A stretch of 64,000 nt of DNA from Lophium mytilinum. Lineage: Eukaryota. The stretch is taken from assembly GCA_010093605.1 (NCBI GenBank), contig MU004201.1:439106-503105 (forward strand), written 5' to 3'. The position numbers and the translations under genes are program-made. Positions 1 through 13,049 of this stretch are shown one piece after another. The number at the start of each line of letters is the position of its first letter. Within the stretch, counting starts at the first letter, position 1. The notes beneath the pieces were generated by a model. That model ran no database searches and was not told where the DNA came from. It worked only from the letters and a program-made list of their open reading frames with translations.

Positions 1-1138
1 TTTAATTAGAATACATTTTATATATAATATATATAGTACTAATTTAATTAGAATATCTGTTATTTAGTATCTAATTATATTTAGAACACGTTTTCTTTTT
101 AATGCATCTAGTACTAATCTGTTTAAATTATCTATTATTTCGCATGTAGTTAGATTTAGATTATAATTCACACATATCGGGCTCGGAACTAACCGATCGA
201 TTGATTTGGTACTTATCCCAGATGGCGAATCAATCAAACCAGTTTGCAAAAGCTTGGATGAAGTCGATCATCCTTTTAATGAGAATACTTGAATAATTCT
301 GAGCCCTGGCTTCTACCAAGCCTACGCCTTAATGATGTAAGAGGAGAGTGCACGATAGGAAGCTTGATAATACACTTAGTGATATTTATGTATTGTGAGA
401 CGAATCTGCGACTCTAAACCTGCATAGCCTCATTAAACAACTCCTGTAGCCCCGTGGGAAAAGAGAAGTAAGAAAAAAAGAGTACTATGGTGTTGGTTGT
501 TACTAACGGCACTCGCCAGCGGGTACATTTGAGCTTCAACTGCCAGTTGTTTAAAGCTAGCTTTATCGTGAACACGAGGTCTTATTGTGCAGGAAAAGCG
601 CAATGAAGCTTGTGCGACGCCGCTGCGACTCTATAGTGGCGGGTGGGAGTCGTAAAGGATGTAGTTATATCTTTCTTGCGCGGTTAGTACTAAAGCTTAA
701 GCATTATTGAGACACTGTGGCAGATCTTGTAAACGGCGTTTGAGGCTATCTGGTTTAGGTCCTTGCTTTCCCGATTGTTATGAGATAGTGAAGTTGAACC
801 ACGATAGGAAGAGACGCCAATGGGCTCGCCGTTGATTGAGGACTCTAGTGTGCATGAAATACTTAAGTTCTTGTAACCCGTAAAGATTTCAACGGGTAGT
901 CCGCTCCCTTTAAGCTCTAAACCCCACTCTCCGAAACGTTAGATGATAGTAAGTAACTCCCTGTCTTATTAGTGTATTCTACTGGCGTTAGTTTTATGCT
1001 TAAGAGGCCTCTTGGACATAGAGCTCCGTTGTCACCATACTGAGAGAGAACTCCTGCCGACACGTGATTAGATGAATCTGTTTCCACGATGCATAGTCTA
1101 TCGGGATCGAAATGAGCCAAGGCCGGCGTAGGAATGCA

Positions 1139-1671
1139 TAGCGTGGTTACTAAACCGGCGGCCGGCTCGACTAGGTAGCAGCTTGATTGGATTGTTATAT
1201 ATAGAATGAAGCTTGATTAACTGGATTAATTGGATCTTTAGATTGAACCATTTAAACCAGATTAGTACGATGGCGCTTAGCCTATACGAGTAAGACGTAA
1301 CATTAGCGCGCGCCCCAACAACACCCTAGGCATTACCAGCCTTATTTACCACGGCCCTAGCCCCCCTCTAGCACAACAGTATAACGAGACGAGCGGAAAT
1401 GGTTAACGAGAGTTAACTTCCACAAGTCGAGTCACGTCTCATGCGAATTTCTGGGTCTTCTAGGCCTTAGAAATGCGCCTTTAGATTCTTACTACTATGG
1501 TACTCTTACGTTGCATCCACTAATTCGTCCACTACTAATTAAACTAATTGGATTAATCTACGCTTGAAACTTTATTAGATATAGGATTGATCCGACTAGA
1601 CTAACTATAAGTAATATCAATAAACCGTGCGTCAATCCGATTGAGGATTGGCCAGTTTACTAACCACGCTG
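1139..1671. mobile_element. Non-autonomous hAT-type element (MITE), 533 bp, inserted in gypsy pol
   Basis: TIRs TAGCGTGGTTACTAAACCGGC (1139-1159) and GCCAGTTTACTAACCACGCTG (1651-1671). Degenerate 8-bp TSD GGAATGCA / GAAATGAA. Removing the element plus one TSD restores the pol frame ..KEAFISTPALAHFDPD.. Confidence 0.88.
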
Positions 1672-1834
1672 GAAATGAAGGCTTCCTTGGGAGTTTTGAA
1701 AACCGAGGGACAAGCCGAGTCCCAGACAAAAGCGATGTCCTTCTTAGCGAGGCGGTTAGGGGGGGCAGCGATGCGTAAGAAGTAGCTAGCTTATAGAAGT
1801 TTTACGTTTCGTGCGTTCTCCTATTGCTAAACAG

Positions 1835-2152
1835 CTTACTCTAAACCTATAGTATATACCTTGACCAACTCTCACCATAGATGAGCTCGCTGCCATTTAT
1901 GCGCCTAGCTTTATCCTTAACTCCAAACCTATAGCCTACACCTCAAGCAACTCTCACCACGGCGCGAGGAAGCCACCGCTTCCACTTTACGCGCCTAGCC
2001 TGAACCACTCTTCACTACGTGCGGTGTAGGCTGTAGGTTCGGAGTTGAGGACGCGATGAGAGTGCGGAACGTATCTGCTTTATCTGTTGCAGCGGTGGCT
2101 TATCCGTAGTGACCGTTGGTCGAGGTGTAGGCTGTGGGGTTAGGGTTAAGGA
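1835..2152. repeat. Internally repetitive foldback insert replacing the RT catalytic segment
   Basis: Two direct ~80-bp units (CTC[TC]AAACCTATAG..TACACCT..AACTCTCACCA) followed by inverted partial units (GGTGTAGGCTGT..GGAGTTGAGG). The same family recurs at ~29517-29655. Confidence 0.7.
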
Positions 2153-4148
2153 CGTGACGTTGAGGTAGTCCGCTAATGTAGAGTTGACGTACGATTGCAA
2201 GTAGAATGGCGCGTTAGCTAGTCCTAGAGCATGCTGAGGTATTTGAAAAGCCTATACCTACAGCAAAAAGCTGTCTTCCACTTGTCCTTTTCAGCGTTTT
2301 GCAGGCGGTTGAAGGGCGCAATTACGTAGTACTTCGCTTAATTGAGCCGCTCCAACGTCCCCTGAACTAAAATGGCATGGTGTACCAGTTCTTTGTTACG
2401 AAAGAGTCTAGTGAGCGAGAATATACACAGAATTGGAGCCCTCCGCTCGGCTTCCGGACAAACAGGACTAATGTAGCGTACGGCGAGGTCGACTATTGGA
2501 CGACACCCTTTTAGAGGTGATATTTGAGATATTTCTACAGCGTAGGAAGTTTGTCCTGTAATATGCTGTACAGTATCCCATGTATAGGCTTGCTTCCAGC
2601 CTACAGTTTAATCTTATGGTCTACACCTTCTCGTTGCGGTAGCAGCCTATCGGCTTCCTTTTTCAATGCGGCGGCATCTAGCTAAGAGCTGCCAGTACTC
2701 TGGTGGTATTTTAGTTCGTGGATTAATCTTGAACTTTGCTAATGGAGTTCGATCGAAACTACGTGATTAGGTGATGAAGATGTGATACTCTAGATCTTTA
2801 GCTGGCCGTTGGGCAGTATGAATACGAGGCCCGATTAATGGCCCGGAGGTCTAGGAGAGTTTGCTATGTTGTTCGTCGTAGGTGAGCTCTATAGATAGTC
2901 TCTCGGCGACTTCCAGGCGCGTGGTTTGTTTTGGTTTAAGCTGTCAACTGTGACGTTCTTCTCGTAATGATGAACATAATTCTTTTCGCACTCTTCTTCT
3001 CTTGCACTCCGTTTCCTTCCCTATCCACTCCCCTCTCCCATACCCTGGCTATGAAGCCGCCTTGATGTCTGAAGAACTAGGGCTGAGGAGTGCAGTGGCG
3101 GGTTAATTCCTCTCGACAACTACGTTTCGCGACACCGGGCGGAGTCGGTTGCCCTCCGCCTGATTGGAGTTCTTTATCCGATCTAAATTGTCTCGTGTAA
3201 TATGCTTTGAGGGTGTAGAGGTACGGAGGACAAAGGGGTCGTAGTTGGAAGAGGATCTGTACTCGAAGAATGTCAGTAATCGCGCATCAAATCGCTCGAA
3301 AGCAGCAGGCAGGGAAGAGAGAAAGGGGAGGGAGAGGTAGCTAGTGTATTGCCTTGTGAACCTCGGCTTCTTCTCCTACAACCCGCCACAGTATTGATGT
3401 TGATGATGTCGTCAAAGCATTTGTATCTGCCCGCGCAAGCAACGGCACGCCTCCAGCGCTCATTAATCTGTTGCCAGTTGTAACGGACGGCATATTGCAC
3501 GTCCCAAGCACGGCTAAGGATTATTAGTGATAAGCCAAGCTTTATGATGGATAGAGGTGGACTTTCAGTATGGTTTCCGAGGCGTAGTGTCGAGAGCACG
3601 TAATGAGTAAGGAAACCGAATTCAATTGGCCGCGCATTAGTGACTTCTAATTGCTGGGGTTGTTTCAACTTACAGGTTTTTAGGGTTACAAGGAGGCCAT
3701 TTCTGTGTCCACAAAGTCAGTATTAATGAAGCCAAGGGTGAAGGCGCCACCGTTTTAAAAGGACACAGTTAAGAATTGGCTCGCGAGAGCGACTGTTTGT
3801 TATTGTATAAGAGAGAAGAGTCCAGCTTCCTTCACTAAATGTAAGCCCAATTCTCTAGTCTCCCCTCCGTATATCCTGCATGTCGAGATCCGTACAACTT
3901 TATAGCGGCCAGTATCTGCATACCGTAGTCTCTTCACCGTTTTAATTGACCCTTATGAGTGTCTTCAATTAAACGTCGGGAGTCTCCCTAATATAACCTT
4001 ATAGCAAGTCCGCCATCGCATCCGGCGATCCTATCTCCAGCAGATTCGCGAAAGGGTTATATTCGCCCGCGTCGTCCTGGGCCAACATGGCGTTGGTTTA
4101 CTAGTAAGGCTGGAATGATTGTATATAGTTTGTGTAGACCGAATTGTC

Positions 4149-4850
4149 CTAGGCCAGTATAGCGTTGGTGGGCCAGCGTAGCTGGAGCAATTGTGGGTTG
4201 ATCGAATCGTTCGAGGCATTCTTGTTCGGGTGGGCCTGGGCCCATAAAAGGTGGAATTCGGCCATAAAAGGTGCGAGTGGCCCGTTGCCCAGCCTAAGTT
4301 GGCTGATGCGACGGAGGGCAGTAGCCTGTATATTGGCGTCGTGGTATACGTAAAGGAGGATGTCGATTAAGGCTTCGGAGTCAGCCAGGTTGACGCTGAT
4401 GAACGGCAAGATTAGCTGCTTTGCCTTACCCTCCAGCAGTGAGAAGCAGTAGAGAAGCCGAGCTTGCTTATTTGGAAAGATCTCCTGTTCACTAAAGAGC
4501 TTGAGGCGTATGGCGTGGACGAACTGTAGAATCGTAGAGCGCTCGCCAAAAAACCGCGATGGTTTCTGGCTCCAATCATAGTGCAGGGTAGTGGAAGGAG
4601 ATAGTACTGGTGGTGTATTCATGTCCTGGCCCTCCGCCTTAACCTCGTCTTCCTCCTTAACCTCGTCGGCCTCTTCCTTAACTCTCCATACCCCCTCCTC
4701 CAAAGCTACATTAGGGGCAAGTGTTTCGATAACAAACGTCGCCCACCGCTGTGGATTTGCGACGACTTGCTCAGCGAATGAAGCACAATCTTGCGCCGCG
4801 GCAAAGGCTTCCACTATTGTTACTGCGTTTGTGTTGGTGTTGGTAGCCAT
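4149..4850 (-). pseudogene. Retrotransposon gag (N-terminal 233 aa still open, then frameshifted)
   Basis: ORF track. Retrotransposon gag-domain-like sequence located upstream of the protease/RT of the same element. Confidence 0.85.
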
Positions 4851-5730
4851 CGCGGCGGTAAGGGTAGGGGTGTAAAAGAGAGGAGAGAGATAGTGGTTCC
4901 GATGAGCCTACGATTGATAGACTTCTTATAGAGAGACATTTAGACAGCAGCTTATGCCATTAGGGCACGGCCAGAATAAGAGATTGTAGGAAATGAGTCG
5001 AGGATGCTTACCCTTTGTTGTTGTTCCGGATAGCTGCATTAGACACGGGAACATCTGTGAGGAAGTTGGAACTGTGATAGAGCCATGACAGAGCCGTGAC
5101 AGAACCTTAACAGAACCTTGTTATAAGCAGAGAAGCGCGGAGACTATAAGGAGAGAGCGGAGGAGTTAAAGTCACCAGCTGGCTTTATTACAACACTGTG
5201 CTACACTAAGATGTCTATACCATTTTCTGCTGCAGGTTGTACGCTTTGACCAAAGCTTGCCCCATGTTAAAACTTGGTACAAGGTGCCAGGTTTCAAGGG
5301 GGCTAGAGAGTGTCCGAGCGCCTGCAACCGTTCAACGCGTGCGGGTGGCTGCGAGCGTAAACAACCTTTGCAGGGTTATAGAGCCTTTCGCGCCTTGGGA
5401 ATACACTACACACAATATATGATAAAGGTACGGAGGACTATTAGACTGTAACTACTAGTCGTCCGTATAAGGAGCTGTAGGATGCCGAAGGCCCGTATAT
5501 AGGCACGGCTGCACCTACAGCTAGTTTGCTATGCAATTAAACATATCACCCATGTTCACGTGACCAATTTCACCACATTAGCTGTAAGTCTGCCGCCATC
5601 CCCAAAGCCCCCTCATAAAAGCTAAAATCGAGTCTAAAGCGAGCAACTTAGACGAGCAGATCTTGCAAGCTTCGCTGTTATAGGCCAGGTACTCGCCCGC
5701 GACCTCTAAATTACTACCAAGTCAACCGCC

Positions 5731-7050
5731 ATGCCTTAATCCCCCTCTCAAGAGGCTACAGACGAGTCTGAAGCGAGCAGAGTGAACGAGGAGTTGTTGC
5801 GAGCCCCGTCGCCGCTATTAGTCTACATTACAACTAAAGACCAGACTGAACTGAGCAGGGTGAGCGAGGAATTCTTGCGAGCCCCATTAGTTGGCGCCTT
5901 TGCTGCAGGATCGTTGGGTGCTGTGCATAAAGAGGATTAAAGAGCCATACTAAAGCGCACAACCGCGTCCGCATTAAAAGGAGAAGAAGAGGAGCATGGC
6001 ATCATTGCGACCAGGCGCAAGCGTCAGCGCCAGACCTCCGCCTCTGGGAAAACCGCCATGGCGAGAGAAAGCCATGCGACGAAATTGTCCGGAAACCCAC
6101 AGCCACGTGTTGAGAATGGTAATCATCCCCTTATTTTACCTGCAACTCTTGCGGAAGCTGTAACTGACGACTCTTTAGACTAAACGGTGGACTCTTCGGA
6201 CGCCTCTGAAGACGCAAAGAAGGATAGTAGTAAGGAGGACAATAATAACCCTATAGACAACGACTACCGGCCTCCACAGTCTTACGTGGCCCACTACGCT
6301 TAAATTAACGCCGCCGCCGTTGCCGCCGCCGAACCCGTAGACGTTCCTGCCAACAAAATCGGTGTCTTAAAACCAGGCAACGACTCTAAATGGCTCACTA
6401 CGGTACATTACAACCCAGCCATTACTATTGGAGGCGCTGAATTGCTCCTGGAAAGCGTCTTGCCCACTATTGGCCCCCATGACGAGGAACCGGAAGCACT
6501 TAGGCTCGCTAGCATCCACACCCAGAAGGACGGAGTCCTTACCACTTCCGCTGGAAGCCCTTGCAAGGTTATTGAACCTTATAAGCTTTTGAAACTTAAA
6601 GGAGATGGCCCCTTCTATTATGGAGACGGAATCGCTGCCTATGGAGCCTTTATAAGAACCAACGGTGTTACGCGCTTCCACCTATTTAAGAAGAGGGCTG
6701 TGGAAGCTCGACTCCTCCTCTAGATCGCCTCTGATTTTATTATTAAGAACCTAGACACTCTCAACTTCATGATGAAGCTCTAGTTTGCACGCCTAAACTG
6801 AGCACCCGAATGTAAGCTAGCTTTTAGCACCCTAAAGTTCCACCAGGATACCGCTACCTCTAAGGTTGAGGTTTTGAAGTTGAAGCTGGCGCAGGCAGAG
6901 AAGGAGAAGTATGAGTTGGAGTGGAAGGATGCTAATCTTGACCCGAATGATTCTATTTGCTAGAAATTGAAGCTGGCACAGGCAGAGAAGGAGAAGTATG
7001 AGTTGGAGAAGAAGGGTGCTAACCTTCGCTCTTTTGATCTTCTTCGCTAA
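5731..7050 (+). pseudogene. RIP-mutated gene of unknown function with acidic N-terminal half and duplicated coiled-coil C-terminal repeat
   Basis: Long frame including ORF 6442-6723, broken by TAG/TAA. KLKLAQAEKEKYELE occurs twice (6878-7030). Confidence 0.55.
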
Positions 7051-7169
7051 AGAAAGGACTTGTACTTGGTGGAAATAGATAGATAATATTAGTTTGAATG
7101 GGATTTAGATTATGTCTCTTCTATTGCTAGAGTGGGAGTGTTGAAAATTGTGTAGTTCTATTGCATCCT

Positions 7170-7790
7170 AGCAGCCTGTCTTCGACGTGAATATCGCTGG
7201 CCAGGCCCAAACCCGTTCGATGCGACAGATGGTAAATACTACCCTATCTGGCGCAGTAAGGTCCTGCCCAAGATCCGTCACGCCTTTTCCCATGAGACGA
7301 CTAACGACAAGCTAAACTTTATCGAGACCTTCCTCTCCGGGGTACGTTGGAAGCGAGTACGAAGGCACCGCCGCCAGCAAGCCAGCTACAACGACGTCGA
7401 CGCTCTGCGCTCCTTGGATGAAGCCTGCGGTGAGCATAATATGGAGGCCAAGGCATTTATGCAGCTCGAAACCATCCAGATAGGCAACGACTTATTTACC
7501 ACTTTCCTTTATCGCTTCGTCTGAAGTACTAACAACCTTAACCGCAGCACCGCGGAAATTATCTATAAGTTCCGCAAGCGGCTTGCGCCGTACTTGCAGT
7601 TCAAGCTGGCGAGCGGACTTGTACTCAGTCGATTTGATGACTATGTGGGATACGCCCGTAGCGTGGTCGCAGAACTTGCCGCCCTTAAGGAAAATAAGAC
7701 GCTTGACTCCCAACCCCGACCACATACTACTCCTTTATCCATGGTGAAGGCCACCCAGCACACTTGCAATTGTGACCGCGGCCGTGGAGG
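7170..7790 (+). mobile_element. Second Ty3/gypsy gag remnant
   Basis: PNPFDATDGKYYPIWRSKVLPKI..LNFIETFLSG..EAKAFMQLETIQIG..FTTFLYRF resembles a retrotransposon gag domain. No pol follows. Confidence 0.65.
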
Positions 7791-9229
7791 ATGCTCACTT
7801 ACCCTTACGTCCGGGGCTGCTGCTATAATCACTGATGTAACGTCTTCGCCTGCAGCCCCACGGTTGCAACAGCTTCCCGAGGCCCGCAAGAGGGCGGGTG
7901 GGGCGAGGGGTAAGTTAGAGGCAGAGCGGTAGGGTGGGAAGAAGGAGAAGAATATAGATTGTCTAGGGGGTTGGCCCAACCGGGGAACCCACTTATCTTC
8001 CGACGTTCCTAGGAGCAGGTGGGGTGAAGCTATAGGAGGTCTGCCATACGTATATCGACCAATTTGTAGACGATGCTGTGCGGCGCAATAAGATGGCCGA
8101 TGTTAAGAAAGAGGCGGCTGTTCGCGGAGAAAAGTATCTTTGATTGCACGAGCTTGCCAAATTAATTGATAGCACGCTGTTTAAGGCATAGAACGTGCGT
8201 ACTTTCTAGTTAGGCCTAAGTATTAGTTTATGGATTAAATGATATTTGGTAGCAGTATTAGAGACTTTAATGTTGATTGGTGTTGGTGGACCGGTGCTAT
8301 TTAAAGTCTCTTCTTCCCTTGTCCGTCCCATTTTTGGGCGGATGGGTCAGTGGAAGGAGAGGATAGAACGGCTACAATTCGCGCGGTGGCAGCCTTTGGC
8401 ACTTACGACGAGTCACTTATTAAAGCCTCGGAGAAATTGGTACACCTGACGTGTGATAACAATAGCGAGACTGTTAGACTGTGATGCTGTTGTGTCAGGG
8501 GCTAAGCGGTCCACGCTGATTGGTGCGATATCGTTGAGCCGAACTTAGCAGGTTGAGTAATGGACACTACGCAAGGGGGTCTAAAAGCCCGAGCATTTCT
8601 ACTAGCCCTTGGATTACTTCTTGGATTTACTAGCTAGCTTATAAACTTTAAACTCACTTTATTTAAAGGTAGTCTGCGCGGGTTTAACCGCAAGGCTTGT
8701 CGGATCCCACCTCACTATCCGCAGTGCCGCTCTCTGCGGCGAGCATGTCAACCTTCGTGCCGCGGCTGGATTTATCGGGTCTCGCCGCCCTCGCCGCCCG
8801 GCAGAACTACATAGCTAAGGCTTCCTGAATTACCTCTCCATTCACACAGCGTGTCTACGACTGCTTTTCTTACTTTAAACTATACCGCATGCTCTAAGCT
8901 CATCATCTACGTTTATAATCCACGGCATTTACTTAAAATATTGAATAGGAAGTCATTAGGATTAGACTTTAGGAGGGCCTGAAATTCAGGCCGCCAGCGC
9001 AATATAATCGAGCCACACCCACTCTATGTCACGGGTCGCAAGAGACAGTGATTTACCAAATACTCTTGAATTCTACGCGCAAGAAAGAGGAAACCGAAAG
9101 TGCTCTAAGAAATGTAGGTTTTAAAAGCACGTTTATCCTTTATGCCGGCCTCCCATCTTCCACCAGCCTATTCGCCGAAAACTTAGAAAGAGAGCAACTT
9201 ACACCGCGCCTCCATATCCCCCCTTCTTC

Positions 9230-10640
9230 CCTATCTAGCCGATCTATTCCCCTCCCCTACTCTCTTTCTAGGCGCGTTCGTCCTAGTCCGTCTCCTCGCT
9301 TTCGTCTCTTCTACCGCGCGCGCAACACTTCTACGTCTCATGTAGCTATCTCATACTTAAAGCCGCTTCTGTTCCCTTATAAAGTACCCCTGTTGCAGTT
9401 TAGAAATGCTCCTCGACTCTTCTATAACCACGGCCGCCACCTCTGCGCCCTTTTACATTATGTAGCAGTAAGCCTCTACCGCCTCATCTATCTTTTTCTT
9501 GGCATGGGTTATTGTCTTATCCACCTCTCTTAGTATCACCTGACCCCACGCAACTTTCGCCATATGCTTCTTTATTTCCGCCATCGCTCCCACCGGCCGC
9601 CCATTAAAGATTCCAGCTTGCACCATCTTGTTGAGACGCGCCTGGATAGAGGCACGAGTATCCACGCTTAGATAAGCGCTTAGCTGAACCACGTGCGTAT
9701 TAGTCGGGATCTGGTTGCTTATTGCTGCTGGCTGTTAGATGCTGAAGTATGCAAATGGGAAAGTGACGAGGCCATACTGATTAAGTTTTGGAGACAGTGA
9801 ATAATAGAAGAGCAGCGGAGGTAGTAGGAAGACGAAATTAATGGTGGAGGTAGGTGAGGCGATTAGATTACTGCTGGCTGTCAGATGGTGAAGTATGCAA
9901 ATGGGAAACTGATGAGACTATACCGAACAAGTGTTGGAGACAGTGGCAACGATGGACGAGCAGCGGAGGTGGTATAGAAGACGAAGTCGGCGGCGGAGGT
10001 AGTTAAGGCGATTAGATTGCTGCTGGCTGTCAGATGGTGAAGTATGCAAGTAGGAAAATAACGTGGCTGTACCGTTCAAGTTTTGGAGACAGTGACAACA
10101 ACGGAAGAACAGCGGAGGTGGTAGGAAGACGAAATCGATGGTGGAGGTAGGTAAGGCGATTGAATTGCTGCTGGCTCGCGGTCTTATATCAGCTCTATCC
10201 GCTGGCACGAAGGTCCTTGAGAATTACCTAACGCGCACTCCCTAGGGGCATGAACTACTATCCTCGCCTCTAGTTGCCCCCCCAGCCGGCCAAATCATGC
10301 CATCGGCGAAAGCTACCGGCCCAGAAATACGCATGTAGCCGTCGTTAGCGCATCCGATAAACTGAGGCCAGAACGTAGCCGGCAGCGAGTATAGAGAAGC
10401 AATCGGGATAAGTAGATGGTGCAAGGATCATCTCGACGCTTATTTGGCCGTTCTAGCTGAAGCTAATTAGCCATAAGCACGAATTTTCCGTTACTGTTAG
10501 TAGCTGTTCCTTGCATTGTTATGCCCTTCAGCCGCTCTCTGACGTTAAGGGTCGCTTCAGGTATCTTATAGGACGCTGGTCCAGCGACGCCGGTGCTGCC
10601 TGCTATTGTGTGCTTTGGCGCGCCTTTAATTACATATGAA
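9230..10640 (-). pseudogene. RIP-mutated gene with three tandem ~150-bp C2H2-like zinc-finger repeats (9726-10175)
   Basis: Three copies of CTGCTGGCTGTCAGATGGTGAAGTATGCAA..GAGACAGTG. One unit reads FRCCHCLQNLNGTATLFSYLHT, and a sister unit retains HLHT. Confidence 0.5.
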
Positions 10641-10850
10641 ACGATCCGACGGGAGCTAAGTAAGTAATACGCACGGACCGGGTAGGTACAGTATAATCGA
10701 AATTTTAGGCTTTAGTACTCTTGCGCAGCTGTGCAACACAGCTCCTGTCGCTCATCTAGGAGTCGGCGATGCCCCGGATGTCGTGGAGGAGCTACACAGC
10801 AGTTCCTCACACCTTACCCTACGCTGCGTAGAAAGATTTAAATCCGTGTC

Positions 10851-12240
10851 GGTTACGTGCAGACCTCTTCTATAGTATATGTAGCCAATGCCCCTTGAGC
10901 CGGATATAAATAAGAATTCACTTCACCAGGTTAAGCCCGGAATCTTGAACTTGGCCCGTCTCTCCTGTAATACATGTAGGCAATGCCCCTCGAGTTGTAT
11001 AAGCAAGAACTTACCTCAACAGGTTGAGCCCGGAATCTTCGACTCAGGCCGCCCCTTCCAGTCCTTGAAGCCCTCCCGTTGAGGCCATTTTATGCTGCCA
11101 ACGACTAATCCTAATAAATACCTAGCATTTCTACACCTGGAGGAACTTATAGAAGCCATTAATAATGGATCTATTAGCGACGAGCCAACCACACCCACAA
11201 CACTCTAAACCAGAGGTGTGGTCTACTGGAAGCGAGAGGCCTCAAGTCGGTCATCCGCTGTTAGTGTATGAACGGGACCTGACTGCCCTTGGGCTTGTAG
11301 ATGGGCCTCCAGGAATGTTCTAAAATACCCTTGCCAGAATGCACGCCCGTAAGCTCCCCGCTGAGGAGTTTAAAGGGTACGCGGACCGCCTTTACCTAAT
11401 CCTTAAGCAATACCTTAACTGGAACGAGGTTCTTCCCTCTATCTATTCTTGCAAGGATAAATATAACGGTCTACCCCATTGCCCATGCTGCGGCAACTGG
11501 TACCGTGCGATGATTTGCAACTACGCCATCCGGAACTGCATTGAAGTGGGCCCGGAGGATGACCTCAACCCTAACAACCTTAATAACTACTAGAGAGAAG
11601 CCATTCCAGACGCCCTCATGGAGGAATACTATTTCAACGTCTTCCGTTATATTTTCCAAGAGCACGAGGCCGGAATAAAATGGCAAACTAGCAGCAAATG
11701 CCGCTGTAGTTGCACGCTCCCGGATGGCATTACCAGGACCAGGACTGCCTGGCGCTTGCACCTTGAGCAGAGCCTCTTCTGGGAGGAGAGAGATCTGAAA
11801 GATGTTATTAGACGACAAAGAGGCACTGACTACTTCCTGGAGGATATTGAGTAGTGGCTTAATTCACAAAGGGGGAAATATGAGCTCAGCGCGCTGTTTT
11901 GATTCTCAAGCCACCCACAATGTTCCGTCTTTTCTCTTACCTTTGTCTCTGGGTCTTTTTACTTTCCTATTGATTCTGGTTTCAACGCTAGCCTTTAATT
12001 ATAGATTGCGCAAGCTGATACAGCATCGGCCCATTTCTTCACACTATGCATGCACTTTGGTTGAGTGGAAGCTTAGCTACAGTAGGAGTTCCAACTACTA
12101 AGAGCTTTGATTGAGGTTTTGAATCTGACGCTCTTACGCACGTGGCTTCTAGATCTGCTGGTTACGTGCAAGCCTCTCTTGTAGTATATATAGGCAATGT
12201 CACTTAAGTTGAATATAATTAAGGGTTTACTTTAACAGGG
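10851..12240 (+). repeat. ~80-bp dispersed repeat (copies 10851-10930, 10955-11040, 12161-12240, 29662-29738)
   Basis: GTTACGTGCA..CCTCT..TRTAGTATAT.TAG.CAATG.C.CT.. is visible at each site. Confidence 0.8.
11000..11854 (+). pseudogene. Cys-rich orphan-family gene, copy A
   Basis: ORFs 11339-11593 and 11618-11854: NGLPHCPCCGNW..HEAGIKWQTSSKCRCSCTLPDG..LEDIE. Clear paralog at 48774-49385. Confidence 0.7.
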
Positions 12241-13049
12241 TAAAAGGACTCCTAGTCGCGATCCCGTCGTCTACTGACGCAAAATACCACGTGTCTCACC
12301 CTCTGAACTCGCTGCTTTAACTGAATTAGTAAGGAGGGTAGTAGTAGCCGTAGACTTGGTCCAGGTACCTACATGGAAGCGGATAATTAGCTGTCTTTAA
12401 GGATTTTAATTCGTCTTAGCAGCAGCACTACCGTCCACTACAACACTATTACAGCCCCTGTGCTTTTGCCCATATATAGAAGGTATCACTCTAGGGGTTA
12501 AATATTGTTTACTGTAATGGATTCTAAAGAGTATCACCTAGGTTCTCCTATTTAAACTAAAGTTTAGAGGTAAACGAGGATGGCATTCTTAGACTTCAAG
12601 GTTGAATTCTAAGAGGCGAAGCCGGCAGAGTTCAGAACTGCCGAGAAGGCCTCGCGTCAACATTGTTGAGCTTGGAAAAGCTTGAGGGCTTTGAGGACTA
12701 GAAATGACTCTCCAAATCCCGCCGACGAAGGCGAAGGTGTAATATGGGCCGCTGTCGATGGTGTCCAAGACTTTAACACCTATAGCCTTGCTAAAGCCCG
12801 TGCTGCAGCAGCCGGTTTAAACTAAGACTGGGAGCGGAGGCATATGCTGTTGCTACATTGGAAGGACGTCTGGTAATCCTTAGGTATGTACACCGCACGC
12901 TTCACACGTCCTTGTGAAAAGTATCCAAATTTGCGTTCTGCTTCCTGCTTGCTTACGATTGCATGAATGGGTACATGTTTGCCTTTTCGTCATCGTTGAA
13001 TATTTTAAATTGGAGTTGACGAGCTAATGAGTTACGCAGAAACGTCTAG

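Larger units (their letters stand above)
190..5195 (-). mobile_element. Degenerate Ty3/gypsy LTR retrotransposon (gag-PR-RT-RNase H-integrase), RIP-mutated, two nested insertions, 3' end lost
   Basis: Minus-strand domains in gypsy order: gag 4149-4850 (KPSRFFGERSTILQFVHAIRLKL..LLYCFSLLEGKA), protease ~3500-3760 (LEVTNARPI..LIILSRAW), RT ~1700-2600 (QSYVNSTLADYL; FVWDSAC), RNase H ~917-1130 (LAHFDPDRLCIVETDSSNHVSAGVLSQY), decayed integrase ~190-700. Probable 5' LTR edge TGTTATA at 5119. Confidence 0.93.

Noticed and set aside
1..190. AT-rich stretch as origin or centromere
   Set aside because: It is short and TpA-saturated, and is best explained as heavily RIP-mutated repeat.
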